Of a DNA stretch of 64,000 nucleotides, positions 1 to 8,941 are shown piece after piece (position 1 is the first letter of the stretch; every line of letters begins with the position of its first letter). Under the pieces are notes generated by a model. That model ran no database searches. It saw only the letters and a program-made list of their open reading frames with translations, and was not told the DNA's origin. This DNA comes from an uncultured archaeon. GTDB taxonomy: Archaea > Asgardarchaeota > Thorarchaeia > Thorarchaeales > Thorarchaeaceae. Made by a program: the position numbers and the translations under genes. The DNA lies in assembly GCA_964558645.1 (NCBI GenBank), contig CAZLEV010000003.1, positions 128,001 to 192,000 of the forward strand, read 5' to 3'.

Positions 1-275
1 CGGGCCCGAAGATGAGCCTGGGTGCTATTCACTTGCTCAAAGCGCTTGATTCCATAGGCTTTGATTTACTCATCACCTCCGAGGACATCCCTCAGATGTC
101 GAGTTCCCCTGATCCTGAGGTTCTCAAGCTCTATGCAGAACTTGAGCGCATCCTAATAGCTGTGGACGGAGCCAAGACGATTAAGGACATCTCTGAAGTG
201 ACAAGAATCGATGTTGGGGTTGTGCTTCATGTGCTTAGAGACCTTCATAAACGGGGCATGGTTGCGTTCAAATAG
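1..275 (+). CDS. 5'-truncated protein, C-terminal winged-helix region paralogous to the C-terminus of the downstream GTPase fusion (NPRL2-like)
   Basis: Frame is open to the window edge (GGC CCG AAG ATG). GAIHLL..IP....PDP....Y......DG..T...I matches GALQIM..IP....PDP....Y......DG..P...V of ORF 373-2346. Confidence 0.7.
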   Translation, partial: GPKMSLGAIHLLKALDSIGFDLLITSEDIPQMSSSPDPEVLKLYAELERILIAVDGAKTIKDISEVTRIDVGVVLHVLRDLHKRGMVAFK

Positions 276-293
276 ACTGTCAGTATCCCCACC

Positions 294-304
294 AAAGGTT
301 CATA
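294..304 (+). promoter_or_regulatory. Putative BRE/TATA promoter
   Basis: AAAGGTTCATA; the same AAAGG(G)TT-W-TA pattern recurs upstream of other genes (8311, 17666, 27147, 37329). Confidence 0.45.
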
Positions 305-372
305 GAGGTTGATTTAACTACACGTCCTGAAGGAAAACATCATCTCACATAAAACAAACCCGCTCTGCTGGA

Positions 373-2346
373 GTGTGCTGCAATCTGATTCACAATGTTA
401 TACTCATCGACAAGGCGACTGGAGAAGTCGTCACTAGGGTCAGATTCTGGAAGATAGACTTCACTGATGATGATATACGTGAGTTCATGAATGGGTATTC
501 GGATCTCATGGACACCGAGGGTCTCTCTCCAGACACTCCGGTCTATGTCGGCGAGCACAAGGTGTTCCACTCTCTTGTTGATGATGATATTCAGCTCATG
601 CTTGTTACTGATGGCAGAGATGAGGATCGAACAATTGTCCGAAAAGCCAAAGAAGGAGCCGCCCGGATATCTACTGCACTGAGGGGTAATAGCATAGGGT
701 ATGTGAAAGACAATCTGGATGATATTCTAGATGAGCTGGTCTTCACAAGATTCAAGGTGTCTTTTGTTGGCTCCGGTGGTGTTGGCAAGAGTACGTTGCT
801 CAGACTACTGTTTGGCAAGGAACCAGCACCAGGCGGCTATGTTCCCACTATCAACGTCGCCGTAGACTCGTCAGAGACAATACAGTTCGGCACTTTTCTC
901 GTCACCATATGGGACTTCGCAGGGCAGGCGGTATTTCAAGATCTCTGGGCCTTCTATTTCTCGGGCACAGATGTCATTTTCCTCATTACTGACAGCAGTT
1001 TCCGGAATGTGATGCAGACCAAGAGCCTGCTGCGAACCATTCGGAAGGAAGCTCCTGCGGTTCCGCTCTTCATCATTGCAAACAAACAGGATCTCCCGGA
1101 GTCCATGCGAGCTGAGAAGATTCAGCGGCTTCTGGGTGCACCTACGTTCCCAATGGTTGCAACGGACAAGACTCGAAGGGACGAGTTCATTCGACTGATG
1201 CTCGAGGTAGCCACGAAGACAGTGGGAGTCGAGTTGCCCGACAGGCCTCTGAGTGAGATGATTACGGTTCACCGAAAGGACAAGGAGGTTGAACTACCTC
1301 CTCAGCCTGGCAATATTCGCAGCGATTCAGGTGCCACGTCTGGTGAGAAAGGGGAGTGGATCGAAGCTCAGCACAGTGGAGAGAGCGGACTCTCGGGTGA
1401 CTTGAGAGCGGGCGAAGTCAGTGGCGACTCGACAATCGACTACCCCGTCAATATCGAGCCCGAATCTGATGCGGTTGTTGAGATTCCTGAGAAGATTGCT
1501 GAGCAGGCACGGGTTCTCCATGTGATTATGATCGTTCAGGACAGCGGGACGTTCCATACCTGCTACGAGCTCAACTATGCCAACGAGGAAGTGGACGCCA
1601 CCGCAATCACATCTTTGATCTCCGCTCTCGATTCCTTTGGTGGAATCGACGGTGATCCCAGCGGCATGGCCGATAAGAGTGACGCCCTTAAGAGAATCGA
1701 ACACGAAGGAAACCTGGTCATGGTGGAGAAGTCTGACCATTTCTTGCTAGGTGTGACAGTCACCAATGACAGTGAAGAAGAGAAGTATCGAAGGATCATG
1801 TCCTCTCTGCTCTTCGAGTTCGAAGAAGCATATCAAGGAACTTGGGGTGCCTGGGATGGAGATGTGACAATCTTTGAACCCACCGTTTTTTCACTTCTGC
1901 AGAAGATACCAATGAGCCCTATCAGTTTCGACTATGTAGTTCGCGCACGTGAGGCCGGTCGTCCGCTATCATTTGACAGTAGAGAGGTGGGTCGTTCCAT
2001 TGTGGAAGTCAAGAGCGCAATAGAAGGGTCTGAGACCGTTGGAGGCTTGGTTAGAAGCCTAGACCTTCCCCGGGAGAATGTCACTGGAGCGCTGCAGATC
2101 ATGGAGCATTTTGGATGGATTAGCTTTCAAGTTGACCTCGGGCCACAGAGCATTCCTAGGAAAGTCAAGAATCCTGATCCTGACACAGTCAAGGCTTATG
2201 GCACAGCGGTTGTCAAGTTCGTGGATTACTGTGATGGCGAAACACCTCTGGAGGATGTCGTAAAGAAGGTCGGTGTAAGCTACAACGCTATGAAGTTCGT
2301 CGCGACCAAGCTTGTGCTATCTGGTGTTCTTGAGATTGTGGCTTAG
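373..2346 (+). CDS. Longin - Arf/Rab-like small GTPase - longin - tandem winged-helix fusion protein
   Basis: G1 GSGGVGKST, G2 YVPTI, G3 IWDFAGQ, G4 NKQD. N-terminal IHNVILID..G longin pattern; second longin (LHVIMI...ITSLISALDSF...FEFEEAY...WDGDVTIF); C-terminal wH pair. Start is GTG 373 or possibly CTG 385. Confidence 0.85.
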   Translation: MCCNLIHNVILIDKATGEVVTRVRFWKIDFTDDDIREFMNGYSDLMDTEGLSPDTPVYVGEHKVFHSLVDDDIQLMLVTDGRDEDRTIVRKAKEGAARISTALRGNSIGYVKDNLDDILDELVFTRFKVSFVGSGGVGKSTLLRLLFGKEPAPGGYVPTINVAVDSSETIQFGTFLVTIWDFAGQAVFQDLWAFYFSGTDVIFLITDSSFRNVMQTKSLLRTIRKEAPAVPLFIIANKQDLPESMRAEKIQRLLGAPTFPMVATDKTRRDEFIRLMLEVATKTVGVELPDRPLSEMITVHRKDKEVELPPQPGNIRSDSGATSGEKGEWIEAQHSGESGLSGDLRAGEVSGDSTIDYPVNIEPESDAVVEIPEKIAEQARVLHVIMIVQDSGTFHTCYELNYANEEVDATAITSLISALDSFGGIDGDPSGMADKSDALKRIEHEGNLVMVEKSDHFLLGVTVTNDSEEEKYRRIMSSLLFEFEEAYQGTWGAWDGDVTIFEPTVFSLLQKIPMSPISFDYVVRAREAGRPLSFDSREVGRSIVEVKSAIEGSETVGGLVRSLDLPRENVTGALQIMEHFGWISFQVDLGPQSIPRKVKNPDPDTVKAYGTAVVKFVDYCDGETPLEDVVKKVGVSYNAMKFVATKLVLSGVLEIVA

Positions 2347-2349
2347 AGG

Positions 2350-4485
2350 TTAGACGTCAAGCACAATCCTCTCCTTGTATTGGGGTAATAGGATATCGCC
2401 ACTTGTTTTCTTGATTGGAGTATGAACCATGGCTTTCTTGCCCGTGCAAGAAGCAACGAACTCTGCGAGCCTTGAAGCTGATGAGTGGGCACTAAGCCGT
2501 GCATATTCAACAGCACACTTGTGATCTTCGTATCCATGCAAGAGATTCCATCCGGTTGTACGTGGTGCAAGGTACCCACACAAGATGACAGCTGCATCTG
2601 GGTTATGTCGATGCTCATTGTAGTGCATTTTGGCAAAGCCGCCGTCGAGCATTCCACCTCCAGCCACTAGAATGTCGTCATCTTCGAGAACGACTTTGTT
2701 CTTTTTCATGCCTGTCCAGTCGCCATTGTAACCCGTCAGCTTGGTCACTCGTTCTGCCATGCCCGCCACAATCACGTTTCTAGATGAGGTAATCCCAAGT
2801 TCGTCAAGCATGACAAGGACTTCCTGTGACCTGCCGACGGCGAAGGTCGGAATAATCACTGGACCGTGTCTGGCTATGGTCTGCGAGACCTGATCAGATA
2901 CTTGTCTTCTGTCGAAATCCTCCCTTTCCCAGTATGTACCGTCAAAGATTGTCAAATCGCAGTCTGTAGGTAGGGTAGCTCCGTGGAACAGCACGGATTT
3001 ATCAAGATTGAAATCACCTGTGTAGAGAATCCTTTTTCCCTCCACATCCACGACAAAAGCCGAGCTTCCGGGAATGTGTCTTGCCTCAGTCGGGGTGACA
3101 ACAATGCCTCCGGCTAGCTCGCTTGCTGTCCCCGTTTCTAGTTGTACATAGTTTCTCTTGACTTTGTCTATGTTCGTCCGATTGAACCAGGAAACCATGT
3201 CATACTTGTCATTCCGTCTCGGCGGAAGTGGAGTCCCTACCTTGAGGGCATCCTCAAGAAGAGTCATCGAAACTGCCCCCGTGATCCCGCTTGCACACCA
3301 CTTCCCCGGATAGTGCTCATAGAGCGCAGGAAGTCCTCCAACGTGATCAAGATGTGAGTGTGTGATAAGCACGCAGTCAATCATCTCCAGTTCAGGGACC
3401 CATTCAGGGATTCTCTGATTAGCGACTGACAGACCGTAATCAAGGAGGATGGCACTGGTATCTGTCCTCACCAGAATGCCACTTCTGCCAATCTCTGGCC
3501 CACCAAGGAATATTATCTCTACTTGCTTGGCCCTTCTAGAATACGCAATTGACGACATCAGTTCCACTCGGAGTTTCTGTGGAATCATCTCAAAGAGGAC
3601 GGGTTCAACTGCTTCAGGAGGGGGTGCCGAATCAAGATCCTGCAGGCGGATGGGCAGTACTCTCCCTTCAGCACTCATGAATCTCCTCTTCTGATAGACT
3701 CTCTGAACGGCATCATATGCCTCTGAAACACCTGCCTCCGGACCAATCTTCTCTTGTGCTTCTTGATTGACTCTCTTTCGGAATATATCGAGAATCCTAG
3801 ATGACAGCACATCAGGCAGCCAGCTTCGGGTTGCCTTATAGACATCCAAGTATTCCTTCCCCCGGAGAGCCTCCTCCAAGTACTCCGGATATCGGCGGAT
3901 CGAATCTGTGAGTCTGAAGTCATCGGATTCCAGGGCTGATTCCAGATTCAAGCCAAGCTCTGAGGCGGGTTCTCTGAAATCATCCGGCTTATAGTAGGGG
4001 GATCCTAAGAACGCAATCCATTCTCTTAGACCACTCATTACCTGCATCGCATTCTTTCCCGATGCGATTTCGATGAGAACAAGGGCTCTCTTCAGAAGGG
4101 CATCTACGCCTTCTTGATGGAGCTTTCCGAGAGAGTATCGATACACATATCGAAGGTCTTCCTCGTCGAAATTTCCGAAGATAAAACCATAGCAACACAT
4201 TGCCAGCGCATCGAGGTATTCCTGCAACGATAATCGGTCTATCTCGCTCAGAAAGATCTTACGTAGGGTCTCGCTCACCTTCGCACCATGCTCTATTCCT
4301 TCGATATCCTCATCAATAGCTACTCTGGCCTGGTAGACTGCAATTTCCAGGCTTCGCTTCAATGGACCGTCCAGGTCCGAAATATCAGCTCTTTCGTCGG
4401 ATATAGAATGGGAGCTGACTCTGGAGAAGAAATCCTGAATCACTTCTGTTGAGGCATCTTCCCGGAGTCGTTCGATCAGTGTCAT
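2350..4485 (-). CDS. Beta-CASP metallo-beta-lactamase ribonuclease (aCPSF-like) with ~320-aa helical N-terminal extension
   Basis: GGPEIGRS, LLDYG, THSHLDHVG, HIPGS, YTGD, DGTY, FAVGRSQE, GMLxGG, LSAH and VH motifs. Confidence 0.85.
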   Translation of the reverse strand: MTLIERLREDASTEVIQDFFSRVSSHSISDERADISDLDGPLKRSLEIAVYQARVAIDEDIEGIEHGAKVSETLRKIFLSEIDRLSLQEYLDALAMCCYGFIFGNFDEEDLRYVYRYSLGKLHQEGVDALLKRALVLIEIASGKNAMQVMSGLREWIAFLGSPYYKPDDFREPASELGLNLESALESDDFRLTDSIRRYPEYLEEALRGKEYLDVYKATRSWLPDVLSSRILDIFRKRVNQEAQEKIGPEAGVSEAYDAVQRVYQKRRFMSAEGRVLPIRLQDLDSAPPPEAVEPVLFEMIPQKLRVELMSSIAYSRRAKQVEIIFLGGPEIGRSGILVRTDTSAILLDYGLSVANQRIPEWVPELEMIDCVLITHSHLDHVGGLPALYEHYPGKWCASGITGAVSMTLLEDALKVGTPLPPRRNDKYDMVSWFNRTNIDKVKRNYVQLETGTASELAGGIVVTPTEARHIPGSSAFVVDVEGKRILYTGDFNLDKSVLFHGATLPTDCDLTIFDGTYWEREDFDRRQVSDQVSQTIARHGPVIIPTFAVGRSQEVLVMLDELGITSSRNVIVAGMAERVTKLTGYNGDWTGMKKNKVVLEDDDILVAGGGMLDGGFAKMHYNEHRHNPDAAVILCGYLAPRTTGWNLLHGYEDHKCAVEYARLSAHSSASRLAEFVASCTGKKAMVHTPIKKTSGDILLPQYKERIVLDV

Positions 4486-4504
4486 GGTTTATCATCTACT
4501 AGGA

Positions 4505-5560
4505 TTAGCGCTCGATGGGCTTGACGGCCATAAATAGTCCTCGTCTGCTATCGCGGAGTGACAGGTGCTTCTTGACCAGTCCTTCAGACATCAGGATGGA
4601 GAGTGCATGTCTGACTGTTCTCGCAGGTAGCATGGTCTCCTCTATGATTTGTCTGGCTGTCAGCTTCTCATGGTATTCCAGTACTTTGAGCACGAGCTTC
4701 GCACTGGGAGGTAGATCTTGAGCAAGATCCTCAAGGATGTCTGTTTTCTTCTGCAATTTGCCGCGCAGGGCGGCGATTCTCTCTTCGGTAAGTTTCACGA
4801 ATATCGCATCGCTATCTGCTCTTCTAACAATGATTGGGCCAGAGTTCACGTTATGCCTGAGCTGCCCATCTAGAATGGTCTCTACCATTACCGGGCAGGT
4901 CAGTTTGCGAATCTCGATTTCTATATTATCCGCCACAATCAGTGGTCTTCTTGCGGGATTTGTGCTGTTCACTGGTATCACAGAGAGAACCGGGGCAGGA
5001 GATAGCACTATGGGGCCGCCTGTACTCAAGGAGTAGGCTGTACTTCCAGTAGGAGTGGCTATGATAAGTCCATCACTGCCGTCTTTCCAAAACTCCTCTC
5101 CATCGAGGTTCAGTGAATACCTGATAAGTGTAGCATTGCGTTTGGCAAAGATAGCTGCTTCATTAAGAGCAGGTGGAATTTCGCTATCGCCAACAGTAAC
5201 TGAGAGGCGAGAACGATGATCTTCAGTCCACTCGCCTGCAATCAAGTCTTCAACGGCAAGTTCGAAATTGCCTGTCGTAACGTCAAAGAAGAAGTCCGGC
5301 TGCCCTCGTGAAGAAATAGGCAGAATTGGGGTTGGGCAGTTGCCCATCTGTAGTAGGGTGTCAAGGACTGTTCGGTCAGAGCCAACGACGGCCACGACAT
5401 CCGCATCTAGGTCATCAAGGTTCTTGCCCGAGGAATCCAAGGCTTCTGCCAGCCCATGCTCTAGAATCACGTCTGCTCCCTCTTGATTGAGCAGATACAG
5501 CACTGACTTTGCGTCCTGAATCATGCTTGACTCATTGCCGGAAATCAAACCAATCTTCGT
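4505..5560 (-). CDS. NAD(+) kinase-family protein fused to a C-terminal winged HTH
   Basis: ALNE and DGLIIATPTGSTAYSLSTGGP motifs; GGDGT motif altered to GSDRT; C-terminal LPPSAKLVLKVLEY...LPARTVRHALSILMSEGLV wHTH. Start uncertain (ACG 5560, TTG 5548 or ATG 5524). Confidence 0.85.
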   Translation of the reverse strand, partial: TKIGLISGNESSMIQDAKSVLYLLNQEGADVILEHGLAEALDSSGKNLDDLDADVVAVVGSDRTVLDTLLQMGNCPTPILPISSRGQPDFFFDVTTGNFELAVEDLIAGEWTEDHRSRLSVTVGDSEIPPALNEAAIFAKRNATLIRYSLNLDGEEFWKDGSDGLIIATPTGSTAYSLSTGGPIVLSPAPVLSVIPVNSTNPARRPLIVADNIEIEIRKLTCPVMVETILDGQLRHNVNSGPIIVRRADSDAIFVKLTEERIAALRGKLQKKTDILEDLAQDLPPSAKLVLKVLEYHEKLTARQIIEETMLPARTVRHALSILMSEGLVKKHLSLRDSRRGLFMAVKPIER

Positions 5561-5657
5561 GTTTCATTCCTCCCCAGAGGGAACATGTCTTGTCGTTCTA
5601 CCTTACCCTCTTAAATTGAGTGCCGAATTGTAAAGCATCACTATACTCATATTGTTT

Positions 5658-5699
5658 GGCAATTATTGCCGAGGCTTCATCAATGGGTCAATAATTGCC
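5658..5699. promoter_or_regulatory. Two copies of a palindromic operator GGCAATWATTGCC between divergent NADK-HTH and nadA
   Basis: GGCAATTATTGCC (5658-5670) and GTCAATAATTGCC (5687-5699), 29 bp apart, just upstream of an AT-rich TATA-like CATTAAAA (5711-5718). Confidence 0.65.
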
Positions 5700-5758
5700 G
5701 GTTGAGATTTCATTAAAATACCCTATTTGATGCTTAATCTCGACGGATTTGATGAAGG

Positions 5759-6715
5759 ATGAAACTCAACGAACTTCAGAAACGCATTGTCGAACTGAAA
5801 GCAAGGCGTAATGCACTCATCCTGGCCCACAACTATCAGACACTTGAAGTACAGCAAATAGCAGATTTCGTTGGTGATTCGCTGCAGCTCGCTAGGAAAT
5901 CATCAGAGATAGAGGGCTTTGATATGGTCATCTTTGCAGGTGTACGTTTCATGGCCGAAATGTCAGCTGTCTTGACGGACATCCCAGTCTATATTCCAGA
6001 TCCAGATGCTCTCTGCCCCTTGGCTGCTTGGGTCCATCCTGAGAAGATTCGTTCAAGACGGAGCGAGTATCCTGATGCTCCAGTAGTAGTCTATGTCAAT
6101 ACGACTGCAGAAACCAAGGCCGAATGTGATGTCATATGCACGTCGAGCAATGCCGTTGAGGTCATTGAATCTCTTGGTGCTACACAGGTTCTGTTCGGTC
6201 CAGACAGGAATCTAGCCGAGTATGTTCGCAGGCAGACTGACTGTGAAATTGTTGATATAGAACCTCGTGGGAGCTGCTATGTTCACCTCCAATTCGTGCC
6301 CGAGGATATCACTCGACTGAAGGAGGAGCATCCTGATGCTATTGCTATTGCCCATCCGGAATGTCCACCAGAGGTTCAAGAGGTATCGGACATCGTTGGT
6401 TCGACAGGGAAGATGGTTCAAGTTGTTGCTGAGTCTTCAGCTCGAAAGTTCATTATAGCCACTGAGTTAGGCCTAGTAGAGCAGCTCCAGGCTGACCATC
6501 CTGACAAGATGATCATGGCTGCAAAGCCCACTGCAGTATGTAGAACTATGAAGAGGATTACTCTTGAGAAAATTCTTCATGTCTTAGAAGACTTACCTGC
6601 CGATCATCGGGTAACAGTTCCGAATCATATGACTGATCACATACGCACTGTATTGGAGAAGATGAACCGCCTCAAGACACGTGAAGAGGCAGAAACTGTG
6701 ACTGCCTCACATTAG
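5759..6715 (+). CDS. nadA: Quinolinate synthase A
   Basis: ILAHNYQ, GDSL, GVRFMAE, YVNT, CTSSNA, PDRNL, CYVH, AHPEC, GST and ATE motifs; Fe-S cysteines present. Confidence 0.95.
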   Translation: MKLNELQKRIVELKARRNALILAHNYQTLEVQQIADFVGDSLQLARKSSEIEGFDMVIFAGVRFMAEMSAVLTDIPVYIPDPDALCPLAAWVHPEKIRSRRSEYPDAPVVVYVNTTAETKAECDVICTSSNAVEVIESLGATQVLFGPDRNLAEYVRRQTDCEIVDIEPRGSCYVHLQFVPEDITRLKEEHPDAIAIAHPECPPEVQEVSDIVGSTGKMVQVVAESSARKFIIATELGLVEQLQADHPDKMIMAAKPTAVCRTMKRITLEKILHVLEDLPADHRVTVPNHMTDHIRTVLEKMNRLKTREEAETVTASH

Positions 6716-6900
6716 TCTGAATAGAACCACATAGCATCAATAGTCTGGATATCGCATCTCGTTATCATGATAGGCCACTCTCGTGCTGAGGCGATGGAAT
6801 TTCCAGAAACTGGTGAGGTCAATTTGCACAACCGACCACCTAGAATCATATTGGGGAAATGAAGTGGCTCAAGAAGCTGGGTGGGTATCAAGCGCTCGAG

Positions 6901-7569
6901 CTAGTCCTCCTCTCGAAATCTGATTACATCAAGGAGCTCAGATAGTTCTCCAATTACAGGCCCGTCATGTCCAGCCTCTCTGAAATCATCTTCAGAAAAC
7001 ATCCCTGCAACCGCTACGAAGGAGCAATATCCATTTGCTCTCTCATAGTCCTTGATTGAATCTCCAACAAAGACAATTTCTGACATCTCAATATTGTGTT
7101 GCTCTTGCACATACTTGAAGTGATCCTTGCCCTTTTCGAATCCGGGCCTGTATCCCAATATCTGGTCGAAGAAGTTCTGCAGGTTCCTTCTGGCAAAGTA
7201 CTTCTCAATTGTCGACTGAAAAGTCGACGAGGAAACGAATACCGAAAACCCCCTGTCGTTAAGCACGGCAAGGGTCCTGACTGTATCAGGGAAGAGTCTC
7301 TGGTCATAGATGGAGTCTATCTTCAGTTTCTCAAACTCTTCAATCGCATGCTTATTTTCGGTTCTGTCAGGGAAGTTGATTTGTATCTGCTGTTCGAATG
7401 GTAATCCTGTTGTTGTCCTGTATCTCTTGGTGGCTTCTTCGCTGGTGATGTCGTAATACTTCATCATGGTTCTGACACCAATTCTCTCCAGGAATGGCAT
7501 GCTGTCTGCCAGCGTTCCATCAAAGTCAAGGATGACAGCAGTACACGGGATTGGCTCTCTCATATTCAT
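6901..7569 (-). CDS. HAD-superfamily hydrolase
   Basis: Motif I DFDGTLADS, motif II SSS, K, motif IV VGDSIKD. Confidence 0.9.
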   Translation of the reverse strand: MNMREPIPCTAVILDFDGTLADSMPFLERIGVRTMMKYYDITSEEATKRYRTTTGLPFEQQIQINFPDRTENKHAIEEFEKLKIDSIYDQRLFPDTVRTLAVLNDRGFSVFVSSSTFQSTIEKYFARRNLQNFFDQILGYRPGFEKGKDHFKYVQEQHNIEMSEIVFVGDSIKDYERANGYCSFVAVAGMFSEDDFREAGHDGPVIGELSELLDVIRFREED

Positions 7570-7681
7570 CGCCTAGGCCTTTCAATGACTTAGATTGTTC
7601 TTCTAAACACTTTTGGTCGTACAAGGCCGACCTAGAATACAGGTTTGGTATCTTGTGATGTTCTTCAGAAGACTGCTGACC

Positions 7682-8224
7682 TCAACATGATGTGTCCTCT
7701 CCGCGTTGATTTCTCTTGTAGTCTTCTATGCATCTGTTGATCGATACGTATGCATCTTTGAGTTCCTTGAATTTCTTGACCTCTGTATGAACACCCTCGT
7801 AGACCTTGTAGAAGCGGTAGAACTGTGCAATTTCGTTGACCTGACTCTTGGGGAGGTCAAGAATGCTGTTCACTTCACGGTAGTAGGGGTCGTTGACGTG
7901 TACTGCAATGATTTTGTCATCAATGCGTCCAGCGTCTTCCATTTCCATCATACCTATTGGTCTGGCATGCACGAGGCAGGAAGTGAAAGTTGGTTCCTTA
8001 ATCAGCAAGATGACATCGAGAGGGTCACCATCACAGTCAAGAGAGTGCGGCATGAATCCGTAATCGAAAGGCGCGAAGGTGTAAAGAACTCTGTCCACAT
8101 GGAAGCAGTTGTACTCTGTATTGTACTCAAGTTTGTTCTTGCTGGCTCTGGTCATCTCGATTATGACGTATATCTCACTCGGAGGGTCTGGTCCAGGAGG
8201 TATATCGTGAAGGTAGTTCGTCAT
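7682..8224 (-). CDS. ppa: Family I inorganic pyrophosphatase
   Basis: IIE...KLEY, DRVLY, DYGF, DGDPLD, DDKIIAV, FYRFYK; ATG at 8224 (MTNYLH). Confidence 0.92.
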   Translation of the reverse strand: MTNYLHDIPPGPDPPSEIYVIIEMTRASKNKLEYNTEYNCFHVDRVLYTFAPFDYGFMPHSLDCDGDPLDVILLIKEPTFTSCLVHARPIGMMEMEDAGRIDDKIIAVHVNDPYYREVNSILDLPKSQVNEIAQFYRFYKVYEGVHTEVKKFKELKDAYVSINRCIEDYKRNQRGEDTSC

Positions 8225-8347
8225 GTGCTTTCCGCCAAGTGGTTTCGAGAGTCTCCCTTCTAATGAGGTTTGCCACTTGGCATTCACTTGCTGGAATAGG
8301 TATCATCAGCAAGGGTTTTTACTGAGTATTATTCTCTATTCTACGGA

Positions 8348-8941
8348 GTGATTCACATATTGCCAGACCTCAATGAATCAGCTGAAGATAGACCTGAACC
8401 TGAAGATGACACTCTCGACATCGGCTCGCTATTCAGGGGCACAGCTACAGTCACATTCATGGTCGAGGTCGTCACAGCCATCATGATGCTTGGTTCGGGT
8501 GTTGCTTTCGTTGTAAGCAGCTCGGGCTTCTTGGACTTCCTAGAGGGCGACGTGTTAATCTTCCTATTCCTGCTAGGCTCTATGATTACGCTATTCTTCT
8601 TCTTGGGAACAATTGGCTTCTTCGTCAGGGTCAACAGGAAGTTGGGTCGCACAGTGTTCTGGGAGGGTGTGGGTCAAGTGGATCTATCTAAGCCACGCGT
8701 CAAAACAGTCGTGCTAATCTATGGGCTTGCTGTAGGTCTTGTTCTCGTAATGGGCATGTATGGCTACTGGCTGGTATGGAAGTACTTCTTTGAAGCCATG
8801 GCGGCCACCTCTTTGAGTGTATTCGGTTTTGGAATATCTCTTGGTGGATTTATGCTCGCACTCCTTGTGCAGATGGTTGTGATTGCCGTGGGTAGAACCG
8901 CCTCGAATGTTGTGAGAACCGTCCTCGCGGAGGACAGCTAA
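8348..8941 (+). CDS. Hypothetical 4-TM membrane protein
   Basis: Four hydrophobic segments; BRE/TATA AAGGGTTTTTA at 8311. Confidence 0.7.
   Translation: MIHILPDLNESAEDRPEPEDDTLDIGSLFRGTATVTFMVEVVTAIMMLGSGVAFVVSSSGFLDFLEGDVLIFLFLLGSMITLFFFLGTIGFFVRVNRKLGRTVFWEGVGQVDLSKPRVKTVVLIYGLAVGLVLVMGMYGYWLVWKYFFEAMAATSLSVFGFGISLGGFMLALLVQMVVIAVGRTASNVVRTVLAEDS

Noticed and set aside
7706-8263. 185-aa ORF antisense to ppa (likewise 13537-14208, 14589-15293, 38770-39411, 46223-47116)
   Set aside because: Shadow ORFs exactly opposite well-supported genes, with no motifs; expected from codon bias.
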